DNA from: a virus
Taxonomy: Duplodnaviria; Caudoviricetes
IMG/VR virus record: IMGVR_UViG_2933953506_000002
Coordinates: 32,001 to 96,000 of that record
Reading direction: 5' to 3' (one strand)
DNA: 64,000 nucleotides
Shown here: positions 28,101 to 40,100 of the stretch, one piece after another
How positions within the stretch are numbered: position 1 is the stretch's first letter
Layout: each line of letters begins with the position of its first letter
The notes under the pieces: model-generated
What the model saw: only the letters and a program-made list of their open reading frames with translations
What the model was told of the DNA's origin: nothing
Database searches by the model: none
Program-made: the position numbers and the translations under genes

Positions 28101-31100
28101 GGCCGTGCTGGAGGCCGAGCAGAACCGCCGCAGCACTACGCCGGAGGTCGAGCAGCTCGTCGCGCGCGTCGACAACCCCGACGACAACGGCATGATCAGC
28201 ATCGGCGGCGGCAGCGATTACGGCTACGTCGACTACCGGGACCAGACACACGGGCACACGACCCGCGAGATCGGATGGACCTGGGGCAAGCACAGTTGGG
28301 GGCACGCAGACACCGCCTACCCCTCCCGCGCCGCAGCTCTGGCAGCGATGGTCCAGGCGTACGACAACGACCCCGACACCCGCGGTGAGCGCACCTGGGG
28401 CCGTAAGCGCCCCGTGTTCGTGCCGAAGATGTTCGTCGAGCTCTACCAGAACGAGCGTCTTCGCGACCGGCTCGCCGATGCCAGCGAGGAGCGGAAGTAC
28501 CTCTACAGCCTGTTCCGGGACCGGTACGGCTGGGACGACGGCGTGAACCCCCTGGTGCCCAGCAACAAAAAGGGCCACCACATCAAGGGCCGGAAGCTGT
28601 GGGTGCCCGAAGGCCTCCTCGCCGAGCTGAACCGGGTGACGGAGGAGCTTTCCCGGGAGATGTCCGTACGGGCCACGGACCGGGACGCGGACAGTTCCGA
28701 CCGGCAGAAGGCCAAGACCCGGCTCGCGTCCATCAACGTGGCTCTGCACGGCATTGAGGCGCTGCGCGAGTCAGTCCGCAAGAATGGCGGGGACGACGAC
28801 CGGAAGGTCATCTCCCGCGAGGAGATCGAGGCACAGCAGGCCGCGCTCCGTGCAGCGCTGGGAGGCGACGATGACGAACATGTTCAGTCCGATGGTCCGG
28901 GATCACTGGCGGACGTACCGGCCCAAGGAGTGGGCGGCGATGACCGATCCGGAGGCGTTCGTGGAGACGAAGGCCAGGGAGATCGAGACTCAGATTCTGA
29001 AGGCCGAGGAGGCGCTGGAGCAGACGGTTCCGGAGCCGACGGAGTACGAGGAGCAGGTCGGCCGGCACAAGCAGATCAGGGCGGACGCAACGGCGATGGT
29101 CCTGGCGGATCTTCTGCCGGAGCCGGAGCCCGGGGCGGAGACGGCGCCGGAGCAGACGCCGATGGAGCAGCACCTGCAGGAGATCAGGGACCTGATGTAC
29201 GACGCGTAGCGCGGTTCCGGCCGGACCCGGCCGACGCGCCCAAGGGCGCCCGCGCGCGTGCGACGGCCAATGTCGAGGCCATCCGCGTCCTCAAGAAGGT
29301 TGAGGCCGAGAACCGGCCGGCCACCGACGAGGAGCGCCGCATCCTCGCCCGCTGGTCCGGCTGGGGCTCGGTTCCGATCCTCTTCGCCAACGAGCCGAAC
29401 GAGAAGGAGCCCCGCTACCAGCAGGGCGGCACCCGGTACGGCAAGTTCGCCAAGGACCACGAGCGGTGGTCCGAGTACAGCGACATTCGCAGCGAGTTGC
29501 AGCGCGTGCTCACGCCTGTGGAGTTCCGGCAGGCATCCCGCGGCGTGCTGTCCATGCACTACACGCCGCAGCCCATCGCTGAGGCGATGTGGGAAGGCCT
29601 TCGGGCATTCGGCTTCGAGCGCGGCGACGTCCTTGAAGCCGGCTCCGGCGCGGGCACGTTCTTCGGCGTCGCTCCGGACGGCGCCCGCCTGACCGGCGTC
29701 GAACTGGACCCGACCACGGCCCGGATCGCTCAGGCGATCTACCCGCACGCCAACGTTCTCAACGAGTCTTTCGCGGAGACCGACGCCCGGCCGGGCACCT
29801 TTGACGCCGCCATCGGCAACGTGCCCTTCGCTCGGGTCCCGTTCGATGACAAGCGGTACCCGGCAGAGAGCCTTCACAACGGCTTCGTCACCAAGGAGAT
29901 CGCCCTCGTCCGGCCCGGCGGTATCACCGCCGTCATCACCTCCCGCCAGACCCTCGACTCCAAGGGCGACAAGGCCCGCCGCCAGATGGCCAAGTACGGC
30001 GACCTGGTCGGCGCCGTCCGCCTGCCCTCCGGCGTCTTCACCGACGCCGGCACCGGGGTCACCACCGACGTCCTCGTGTTCCGCCGCCGCGAGGACGGCA
30101 CCGAGCCGGCCGACACGTCATGGCTGGACGCCCCTGAGCGGGACATCAACGGCACCGCGCACCACATCAACGCCTACTTCGACGAGCACCCCGAGCACAT
30201 CCTCGGCACGCTCACCACGCAGTCCGGCCCGTACGGGCCCGAGGTGACCGTCAAGGGCGACCCGGCCAAGGCCGCCGAGCAGCTTCGCGCCGCGCTCGAC
30301 GACATCGCCACCAAGGCGAAGGCCGACGGCCGCGGCTACGAGCCGCACCCCGACGGCGACAACCGGCCTCCGGTACAGCTCCAGGCGGCCCGGGAGAAGC
30401 ACGCGAACGACTGGACCGGCCGCCTCTACGAGGGCGACGACGGCCAGTTGTACCAGCACGTGAACGGTGCCGAACCGGTCCTGCTGGAGCCCGCCGACGG
30501 CAACACCGCCCAGCTTCGCGCCCTCATGCAGCTCCGCGACGTCGCCGCCGAACTGCGCGAGCTGGACCGGAAGAACGACGAGGAGGAGCGCGCCGAGGCT
30601 CTGCGCGCCCAACTCCGCGACTTGCACGCCGCCTACGTCGCCGAGTACGGCCCCCTGTCCAAGCCGGGCCAGCACCGCACCAAGGGCGGCCGCCCGACGG
30701 CGTGGGGGTACTTCCGGGCCGACCCGGACGCCGCGGCGGTCCTCGCTCTGGAACGGTGGGACGCCAACAAGGGTGAGCCTGTCCTCTCCCGCGTCTTCAC
30801 TGAGCGCGCCGCGGCCCGCCGACAGCCGCTCTCCTCGACCAACGACCCGAAGGCGGCCCTGGCCGCGGTCGTCGCTGCCAAGGGCGAAGTGGACCTCGGC
30901 GAGATCGCCCGGCTCCTCGACGTCACCCCGCAGGAGGCGGTGAAGCGCCTCGGCAACGAGGTCTTCACCGACCCGGAGACCGGCCGCCTCGAACTGGCCA
31001 GCGCCTACCTGTCCGGCGCCGTCCGCGACAAGCTCGACGCCGCCCGCAAGGCCGCCGAGCGCGACCCGGCGTACGCGGTCAACGTCGCCGCGCTGGAGGC

Positions 31101-34100
31101 CGTGCAGCCGCCGGACCGCACCATCGGCCAGTTCACGCCTGAGATGGGCGCCCACTGGACGCCCCCAGAGCTTCTGCAGGGCTTCCTGCGCGAGTACCTG
31201 GGCGACCGCACACTCCGCGTCGCTCATGACGACCGGTACGGCTGGATTCTCAACACCGGCCGCGTGCCCGAGGCCAACAACGTCATGTACGGCGTCCCGG
31301 CCGTCGAGCCCGACCCGGAAAAGGGCATCAAGGGCAACAAGGGCAAGAACGCCGTGGAGATCGCCCGCGCGATCCTCGGCTTCGGCTCGCTGACCGTCTA
31401 CGAGGACGACAAGCGCAAGGAAGTCGACGAGGCGACCTCACGTCTGATCCGGCAGAAGGCCGATCAGATGCGGGCCGAGTTCGCCAAGTACGCCACGGCG
31501 AACGCCGAGCGGCTGAGCGTCCTCACCGACTCGTACAACCGCATCATGAACGGGCACATCGTCCGTTCGTACGAGGGCATGTCGCCCACCCTCGAGGGCT
31601 TCACCCCCGACCGGAACCCGCACGCCTGGCAGCGCTCCGGCGCGGCCCGGATGCAGTTCGAGCGGGGCGTGATCCTCGCCCATGAGGTGGGCCTCGGTAA
31701 GACGTCCACGCTCGTCATGGGTACCCAGGCCCTCAAGGCGTCCGGGCAGATCGAAAAGCCCATGGCCGTGGTGCCGAACCACCTCGCGCGCCAGTGGTAC
31801 AACGAGGCCCGGTTCCTGTACCCGAACGCCGACATCCACCTGATCACCTCGGCGGACCTGGCCGGCGACCGGCGCGGCAGCACGCTGGAGTGGCTGCGCG
31901 CCAACAGGCCGGACCTGGTCATCTTCACTGAAGAGGCGTTCGGCTCGATCAAGATGAGCCCGGAGGCTCAGGACGAGTACGAGTTCCGGGAGCTGGAGGC
32001 GCTGCGCGAGCAGCTTGACCGCCAGTACGAGGACGCCGACAACCCGAACCACCCGTTCATCGTCGCGAAGATCGAGCAGCGCATCGCGACGGTCAGCAAG
32101 AACATCAACAAGAACGCCGCCCCGATGCGGCGACCGGGTGAGACGTACTGGGACGACCTCGGGTTCGACTACTTCGTCGTCGACGAGGCCCACAGGTACA
32201 AGGGCGTCGGCTTCCGCTCCAAGGAGGGTGGCGGCGACCCGGCGTCTATCCGCGGCGTCGACCTGCACCAGAAGACGAGCGACCTGCACCGCCGCCGCCA
32301 GGGCCGAGCCACGATCACGCTCGCCACCGGTACGCCGCTGTCGAACAGCATCAGCGAGCAGTTCACCATGCTGATGTTCGCGGCGCCGTGGGTGCTGGAC
32401 GCCTACAAGGCGGGCGCCCCCGACCTGTGGGCCAACACCTTCGGCCGCAAGACCCTGCGCATCGAGAACGCCCCCGACGGCTCCGGCCTGCGCGTCGTGG
32501 AGCGGTTCTCCGAGTTCCACAACAAGCGCGCCATGAAGACCATGTGGGGCCTGGTCGCGGACACCAAGCGCGGTGACGACGTCGGCATTCCCCGTCCGAA
32601 GCTCAAGGGCGGCAAGCCGAACCTGATCATGGTCGACGCGACGCCCGACCAGAAGAAGCGTCTCAAGGGGCTCGTCGCCCGCGGCCGCGCGATCCACAAC
32701 GGTGAGGTCGACCGCCACCAGGACAACATGCTCGCGGTGTCCAACGAGGGCACCAGCGTGGCCCTCGACCCGCGGCTCATCGACGCCAAGGCCCCGGCCG
32801 GCAACAAGCTCAAGGCCGTCGCAGACCGGCACATCGAGCGCTACCACCAGAACAAGGACCGGCTCTATCCGGTCGCCCTCGACAGCCTCGTCAACCACCC
32901 GGTACCGGGTGCCCTCCAGATGATCTTCCTGAACGAAGGCGTCCCGGGAGGCAAGAACAAGGGCAACTTCGACGCCTACGCCGAACTCAAGCGGCTCATG
33001 GTCGCGGGCGGCATCCCCGCGGACAAGATCGCCTTCGTTCAGGACGCCAAGAAGTCCGGCAAGCCCGAGGACATGACGGAGCTGTTCCGGAAGGCCCGCG
33101 AAGGTGAAATCGCGGTCCTCATCGGCTCCAGTGCCGTCGCGGGTACGGGCATGAACGCCCAGGACCGCATGATCTCCCTCTCGCACGTCGACCTCGACTG
33201 GGGCGCCGCGCAGATGGAGCAGCGCAACGGCCGCATCCTGCGCTACGGCAATCTGAACCCCGAGGTCGAGATCGACATCTACGCGACCAAGGGCTCCATG
33301 GACGGCTGGAAGGCCGGATTCGTCGCAGCCAAGGCCGAGGGCCTGGTCGACATCCAGCGGCCGGAGCCGGAAGACGGCGACTCCAGCGACGTCGTCCAGG
33401 AGATCGACGGCGCCGAGTTCGACTACGAGACGATGGAAGCCGAGATCGGCGGCAACCCCTACATGAGCCAGCTCATGAAGGCGAAGCGCCGTCTCAAGGA
33501 CCTGGAGATCGACCAGCACAACGAGGCCGCCGAGCGTATCCGTCGCGCCGAAGCCCTCGATGCGCTGCGCCAGGAAGCCCAGGCCACCCGCGACGGTATC
33601 CAGCGCCGCGAGCAGGCCCTGCCCAGCATCCAGGAGGCCGACGACCGGTTCCGCATGACCATCGACGGCTCCCCGTACGGCGAGCGCTCCGACGCCGGCA
33701 AGGCCCTGCACCGGCAGATCACCTCCCGCCTCTTGGAGCACAACCGTGAGGGCCTGAGCGACTGGCACATCCTTGGCCAGTTCCGCGGCCTGGACTTCGG
33801 TGTCCGCACCGAGAAGACAGCGGACGGCAAGCTCGTCGCGCACGTCGGCTTCCCCGACCTGCGGCACTCCGACTTCGAGCGGACCGTGGAGGACCTGCAG
33901 AAGAAGGGCGCCGGGTCGGGCATGATCACCCGCCTCGGCAATGCCCTCGACAAGGCGCCCGCGTTGCAGGAGTCGGACCGGGCCAAGGTGCCGGAGCTGG
34001 ACGAGCAGATAGCCCTGCTCCAGTCCGCGCACGCGGCCGCTGACCTCACTCCGCAGATCGACCACGCCCGCAAGCGGTCGAACCTGCTCGAGGAGATCGT

Positions 34101-37100
34101 CGCCCGCGTCACCAACCTGGACGCGAAGCCGGAGATCGACCCCGACGAACTCGACAAGGAGCGGTACAAGAACAAGGACGACCGCGAGAAGATCGCCAAG
34201 GGGCGGCGCGAGGAACGCGAGCCGCTGCAGGCCGCCGTCGACGAGGCCGTCGCGAACCTGCACCGCTGGGACGAGGAGAACCCGGCACCGGAGCAGGACG
34301 ACACGGTTCGCCTCTCTGAGGACGAGGTGCGCGAAGCTCTTGCCCGTCTCCGCCCGGAGCCCAGCACTACCCCGCAGCCGGACGCCCCGGAGACCAGCGA
34401 CCGCAGTTCCGCGGACGCCGACACCGACGTCGACGAGCCGAACACCGACGAGACGGCGACGCCTGACACCACCGGCGCAGGCAGCAGCGACGAGCCGCTG
34501 ACCGACACGCCAGCCGCGGGCGACACCGGGGCCCAGAACAACGGCCAAGACCAGGACGACGTCGTTCGCCTCTCCGAGGACGAGGTGAACAACACCCTCG
34601 CCAGCATCCAGCCGGACGCCGACACGACCGCCACCGACGAGCCGGACGAGCCCCTTCGGTACGCGTGGGACAAGCCCGAGGACTTCGTCACCCTGACCAT
34701 GCCGGCCGCACTCGTCAACTTCCTGAACGTCGACGAGACCGCCGCCATGGAGGACCCCGACACCCGGAAGGCTCTCAAGGAAGCCAAGCCGGGGCGCCGT
34801 GGCACGCTCCAGGTGACCGGCCCGATCGACGTACACCGCGCCCTCCTCCAGTGGGCATGGACGCTCGAGGGTGGAGAGGGGCTGGAGTCCGACCCCAGCG
34901 ATGTCCGGGCCTACAAGGCGTACGCCAAGCGCATCGAGGAGGCCGACGCCGACCTGCAGCGCCGTCGCGCCGAGCGGGAGACCGCGGCCGCCGCTGACTC
35001 CGACGAGAACGACGACGCCCCGGAGACCGACGGAACGAACGACGGCGGCAGCGACGAGCCGCCGGCCGACGCGCCGAGCACGGCTGAGCCGGGCGACGAG
35101 AACGACGACCAGGACCAGCGCACAGCGGAGGACAGCGACACCGTCACCCTGACCCCGGACGAGGTGTCCGACCAGCTCGACTCTGTACGCCCCGAGGGGT
35201 CCAAGGCCCCGTCCTCGATGGACGATGGCGAGATCCGCGACGAGATCGTCGACCTGATGGGCCGGGAGATGGCTGATGAGCTGTCCGGCGCGGACCGTAC
35301 CCGCCTGCAGGTCCTGGAAGCGGAGGAGGCCCGCCGTGCCGGCCGGGCCCCGAAGCAGGAGCCCAAGCCGAAGCGGACGACCGAGGAGCCCGGAGGACTC
35401 TTCGACGTCGACCAGCCCACCACCCAGCAGCCGAGCAGCGCCGCCGACGTCGACAACCCCGAGGACCAGCCCGACGACCTCTTCGGCACGCCGGACATGA
35501 TCGCCGACGCCGAGGGCCGCAGCACCGAGGGCCTGCGCCCGGCGCGCATGCGCAACGCCGCCGACCTGACCCAGGGCGACCGGTACACCGACGCAGACGG
35601 CCGCACGCACACCGTGTCCGAGCCGCCGGTCAAGACGCCTCGCGGCCGGACCCGACTCGTCACCGACGACGGCGAGGAGCGCTTCTACAACGCCGATGCC
35701 CAGGTGCGCCTGCGCTACCCGGACGAGGAGATCCCCGACAACGAGACCGACGAGCGGTCCGCCGACGACGATGCCGACAACGCCCCGGCCGTCGACGAAC
35801 CGGAGACCTCCGAGCCGGACGTCGACGAGCCCGCCGCCGACGAGCCGGAAACTACCGCGGACAGCGACCGCAGCAGCACCAAGGACCGCGTCGACCGCAT
35901 GTCAGGCCTCATCGACCAGGCCACCGACGGGGCGGGCGGTGACGAGCTGCCCGAGGTCAGCGAGATCCGGGACGCCTTGGGCCGGGCCGAGGACTCCGCC
36001 GACCCGGACGCCGAGCTGCGTTCCGCCGCCGACCGGCTCGACGACCTTGCGGAGATGTACGAGCTGGGAGGCCCGGACGGAGAGCACGCCGCAGACCTGT
36101 TCCGGCAGGCCGCCCGTATCGCGAGGGGCGAGGACGATGACGACCGCCGCGGCGACGACAACGACCGCAGCGAGGACGACAACGACGCCCCCGCCGCGAC
36201 GAACCAGGACTCCGAGGAGGACCAGGACGACGACGCGGGACGCTTGCAGCGGGACGGAGACGGCAACGCCGCCGACCCGAACGGCACCCCCGACGGAGGC
36301 GGCGCCGGTGCGCCCGACGCACCCGCCGACGACGAAGGCGACAGCGACAGCCCCGACGATGCCCCGGACAACGCTGACGACGAGCAGAACGAGCCGGACG
36401 CGGAGGACGAAGACGAGCAGGACGACGACCAGGAGCGCCGTCGCCGGCGTCGGCGCCGCCGCAACGGCGGAGGCGGTAACGGTGGCCCCGGCGGGCCTGG
36501 CGGCCCCGGACTGCCGCGCCTGAACCTCCCCGACCTCAAGACCCCGAACGCCAGCGGCGACGGCGGTGAAGGAGACAGCGAGGACGGCGCTGCCGCCCGC
36601 GGCCGCCGCCCGGCCGCACGGCACCGCGACGTGGCGTCCCTGCGGCGCGCTTGGAAGAACGGCGACGGGCTCACCGCCGCCGAGGACACCCCGGAGCGTC
36701 GCGCAGCCCTGGCCCAGGCAGCCGACCGGGACGGCCTGACGCTGTCCCCGGGCAGCGGCCTGGTCACATGGCCCGAACCGCAGGAAGACGGCACCACCCT
36801 GTGGCACTTCGCGCAGGCCCGGAACGGCAACAACCTGCCCGGCTTGTCCCTGGCCACGGACAACCCCGAGGAGGCCCGCGCCCTGGCTGGCCGCTTCGAG
36901 CAGATCACCGGCAGCGACGGTCAGCCCTTCGACTGGCACCGGCCGTGGGGCCCGAGCACCGTCACCCAGTGGCGCGACGGAGAAGGCCGCAACCTGCAGC
37001 GCGCCCTCCACGCCGTCCGCGACGACTTCGAGCAGCAGCGTGCCGCCTCCGCCCAGCCGGAGCCCACGACGGAGCCGGAACGGAGGGCACTGCCGGACGA

Positions 37101-40100
37101 CCTCACCGGCCTGGACGACGACGAGCTGGTCGACGCGTGGAGCAACGACCTCAGCGACGAGGACCAGCAGCGCCTTATGGCGGAGATGGACCGCCGCGAC
37201 GGCTACACCGACCAGCGCGTTCGTGACGTGCTGCCGGACACCCCGCCGGCCGACGCCGAAGAGGCCGAGCGCCGTGCGAAGGCCGTCGACGAGGCCCTCG
37301 GCTTCGGGGGCGTCGACGTCCCGCGCGTGCGCCGCACCCGTGAGGACATCATCCGTGCGGAGTTCGCCGACTTCGACGAGGCCCGCTACCAGGCCGCCAT
37401 CGACGCCACGAACGGCTACTTCTACGCCCGGAAGTACAAGTACGGCAGCGGCATCAACGAACGAGAGCTGTTCTCCGGCGGTGAACTCGCCAAGTTCGGC
37501 CGCTGGGAGGAGTACGCCAGCGAGGAACTGAAGGACTGGTACAAGGCCAACGGCGGCCGCATCACGTACAACCAGTTCCGGCAGACCTACCGGGACAACG
37601 ATCGCCGGGACCGGCAGCAGTTCGAGGAGGAGCAGCGCCGCCAGGCGGAAGTCGGGCAGACCGAGGAGCCCACGACCCCGGAGACCGAGCCGTACGACCC
37701 GGCCACGCCGCGCTTCGCGGACGAGGCGGCCCTTCGGGATCACATCCGCAGCGGGCAGCTCGACGAGGTGCCCGAGGACCAGCGTGGGGACATTCCCTCA
37801 GCCGAGGAACGCGCGGAGATCGCCGATGCCGAGAGCACCCAGCTCTCCGACGGCGGCCGACTGCTCATCTACGGCAACGAGGCCGGTCGCGCTGGCAGCC
37901 GCCGCGGACAGCGGTTCGACGTGGCCCTTCCAGGCAGCATGCAGCCCCTGTTCCGCAACGGCTTCCACAGCGCCGAGGAGGCCCGCAAGTACGCCAGCGT
38001 CCTCGACGGCATCAAGGACACGGACGGCAACGCGTTCCCGTGGGACGCCCCCAACGTCGCCGAGCGCGCCCGCGCGTTCCGCACCGCCGACGGCAACCGC
38101 CTGTTCGACGAGATCACGGAACGCCTGTACGGCTTCAACGAGCTCTACGAGCAGTGGAACAGCGACCGCGGCCAGGCATTGCACCACCGGACGTGGAGCC
38201 AGCAGGAAGCCGACTGGAACACCCGCGAGGAGGAGGCCGGCTACTCGATCCCCGTCGACCTGACGGACATCCGCCCCGGCGACGAGATCAGCTTCCCCCT
38301 GGCCACGAGCCGCGGGCAGAACACGCGGCCGCAGGACGAGTACGTGGGAACCGTGCACGCCACGGTGACCGGCGAGGGAGAGCCCTTCCAGTACCGCTCG
38401 CAGTTCTCCGCCTTCGGGAACCAGCAGCTCTACCGGTTCCCGGCCGAAGGCTCTTGGACCAACCAGTACGGAGAGCACAGCGAGATCGATGAGGCGTTCC
38501 CGAACCTGGGAGTCGTCCGTCGCCGCCCGCGGCCCGACGAGGTGTCCAGCACGGGCGACGGCCGCGACGACCGTTCGTCCCGCGCGGACACCCCGCAGGC
38601 GGAGACGCCGGGCACCGCGACGCCCCCCTCGCGCCGGCAGCCCGCCCCGGACCGCGCTCCTGCGGAGCCGGAGCCCGCCGTGCCCTCGGCGCCGGCCGAC
38701 GAGCCGCAGGGTGAACCCGAGCCCGTGGGCGGTCAGCCCGCACACTGGGCGCGTGTCCGCGACCTGGTGCCGGGCGACATGGTCCGTATGGAGGGCCGCA
38801 CGAGGAACGGCCGCGCCATCACGCGGTCTGGTTACGTCTTCACCGGGCCCGTCGACGTGGAGGTCACTCGCAACGGCCGCACGGAGCGGATGCTGCGCAC
38901 GTACGTCACGGAGAACCCGGACGGCACCGGTAAGAGCGGCAACGTCTTCACGCCGCTGAACGCCACCGCGGCGCGGGCCGAGGCGCCCGACGACGTGGTG
39001 CCCGGGTCTCCGGCCAGCGGCGCTCAGAGCACCGTTCAGGCGGGCAGCCTCCCCGACGTGGTCCCCACGGACCGGAACGGCCGGGGCTTGTTCCCGGGTA
39101 GCACCGTCACCGGTGTTGACGGGCTGCGTACCCGTGAGGGCACCGTCACGGGCGCCACCAACACCACGGTGTCGGTGCGCTGGGACAACGACGACACCGC
39201 CGACGGCCTCTCGCCGAACACCCTCACCGTAACCGGTGGCGACCGCCCCGACGGCTGGACCTCGTCCGGGCAGCGCGTGACCCCGCGGCACATCGTAACC
39301 GACACCGAGGGCGCTCTCCTCGGGCCAGTCGACGAGGTCAACGGCGACCGCGTCACCATCACCACCGCCGAAGGCACCATCACGCGGAGCGCCGGAGACC
39401 TCCGCGTCGCCGGCGAAGTGCGCGACGACGCCCCGGGCACCGACCCCGTCACCGGCATCGACGACCCGGCGGCCGCGGACCTCAAGGAGGACGACGTCGT
39501 GGTCCTGGACCTCGACGGCACGCCGACCACCGTGGCGGTCACCGGTATCAACCGCGAAGGCGACCGCGTCACCATCGACTTCGCCGACACCACCACGGGC
39601 GAGATCGGCCAGATCGACGTGGACGCCTCCCAGGTCATCCCCCGGGCCCAGGGCGCCGACGGCACCCCGCCCGACCTCGGGCCGGACGACGCCCCAGACA
39701 CCCCGGACGACCTAACCGTGCACGAGCCGCCGCACCGCGTCGAACCCGTCACCGGCCCGACCGTCGACCCCGACCTCACGACGGGCGACCGAGACGTCAT
39801 CGGTGACCTCGCCGACGGCCCGGACGACGACCCCGACGCCCAGCAGGCCGCCGTACGCATCACGGCCGACCTGCCCGTCACCCCGGAGCAGGCCGCCGCA
39901 CTCGCCGCGCAACTCCGCGATTCCGCCGACCCCTCGACCCCGGAGGGCCGCGCCGCCCTGCGTGCCGCCAACCACCTTGACCGGGCCATCGGCCGGACCC
40001 CTCCGCCCGAGCTCAACCGGCCGCGGCCGTCGAACGCCGCACAGGTCGCGGAAGACGACACGATCGCCATCCCCGACAACCAGGGCAACGGCGTACGCGT

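Noticed and set aside
31438-35610. 1390-aa minus-strand ORF and other long antisense ORFs (22232..24793, 24793..26781, 26800..28749, 35902..37743, 39712..41958, 43684..45102)
   Set aside because: Shadow frames opposite high-GC3 genes; V/G/L/R-rich with no motifs, while the plus strand carries the recognisable domains
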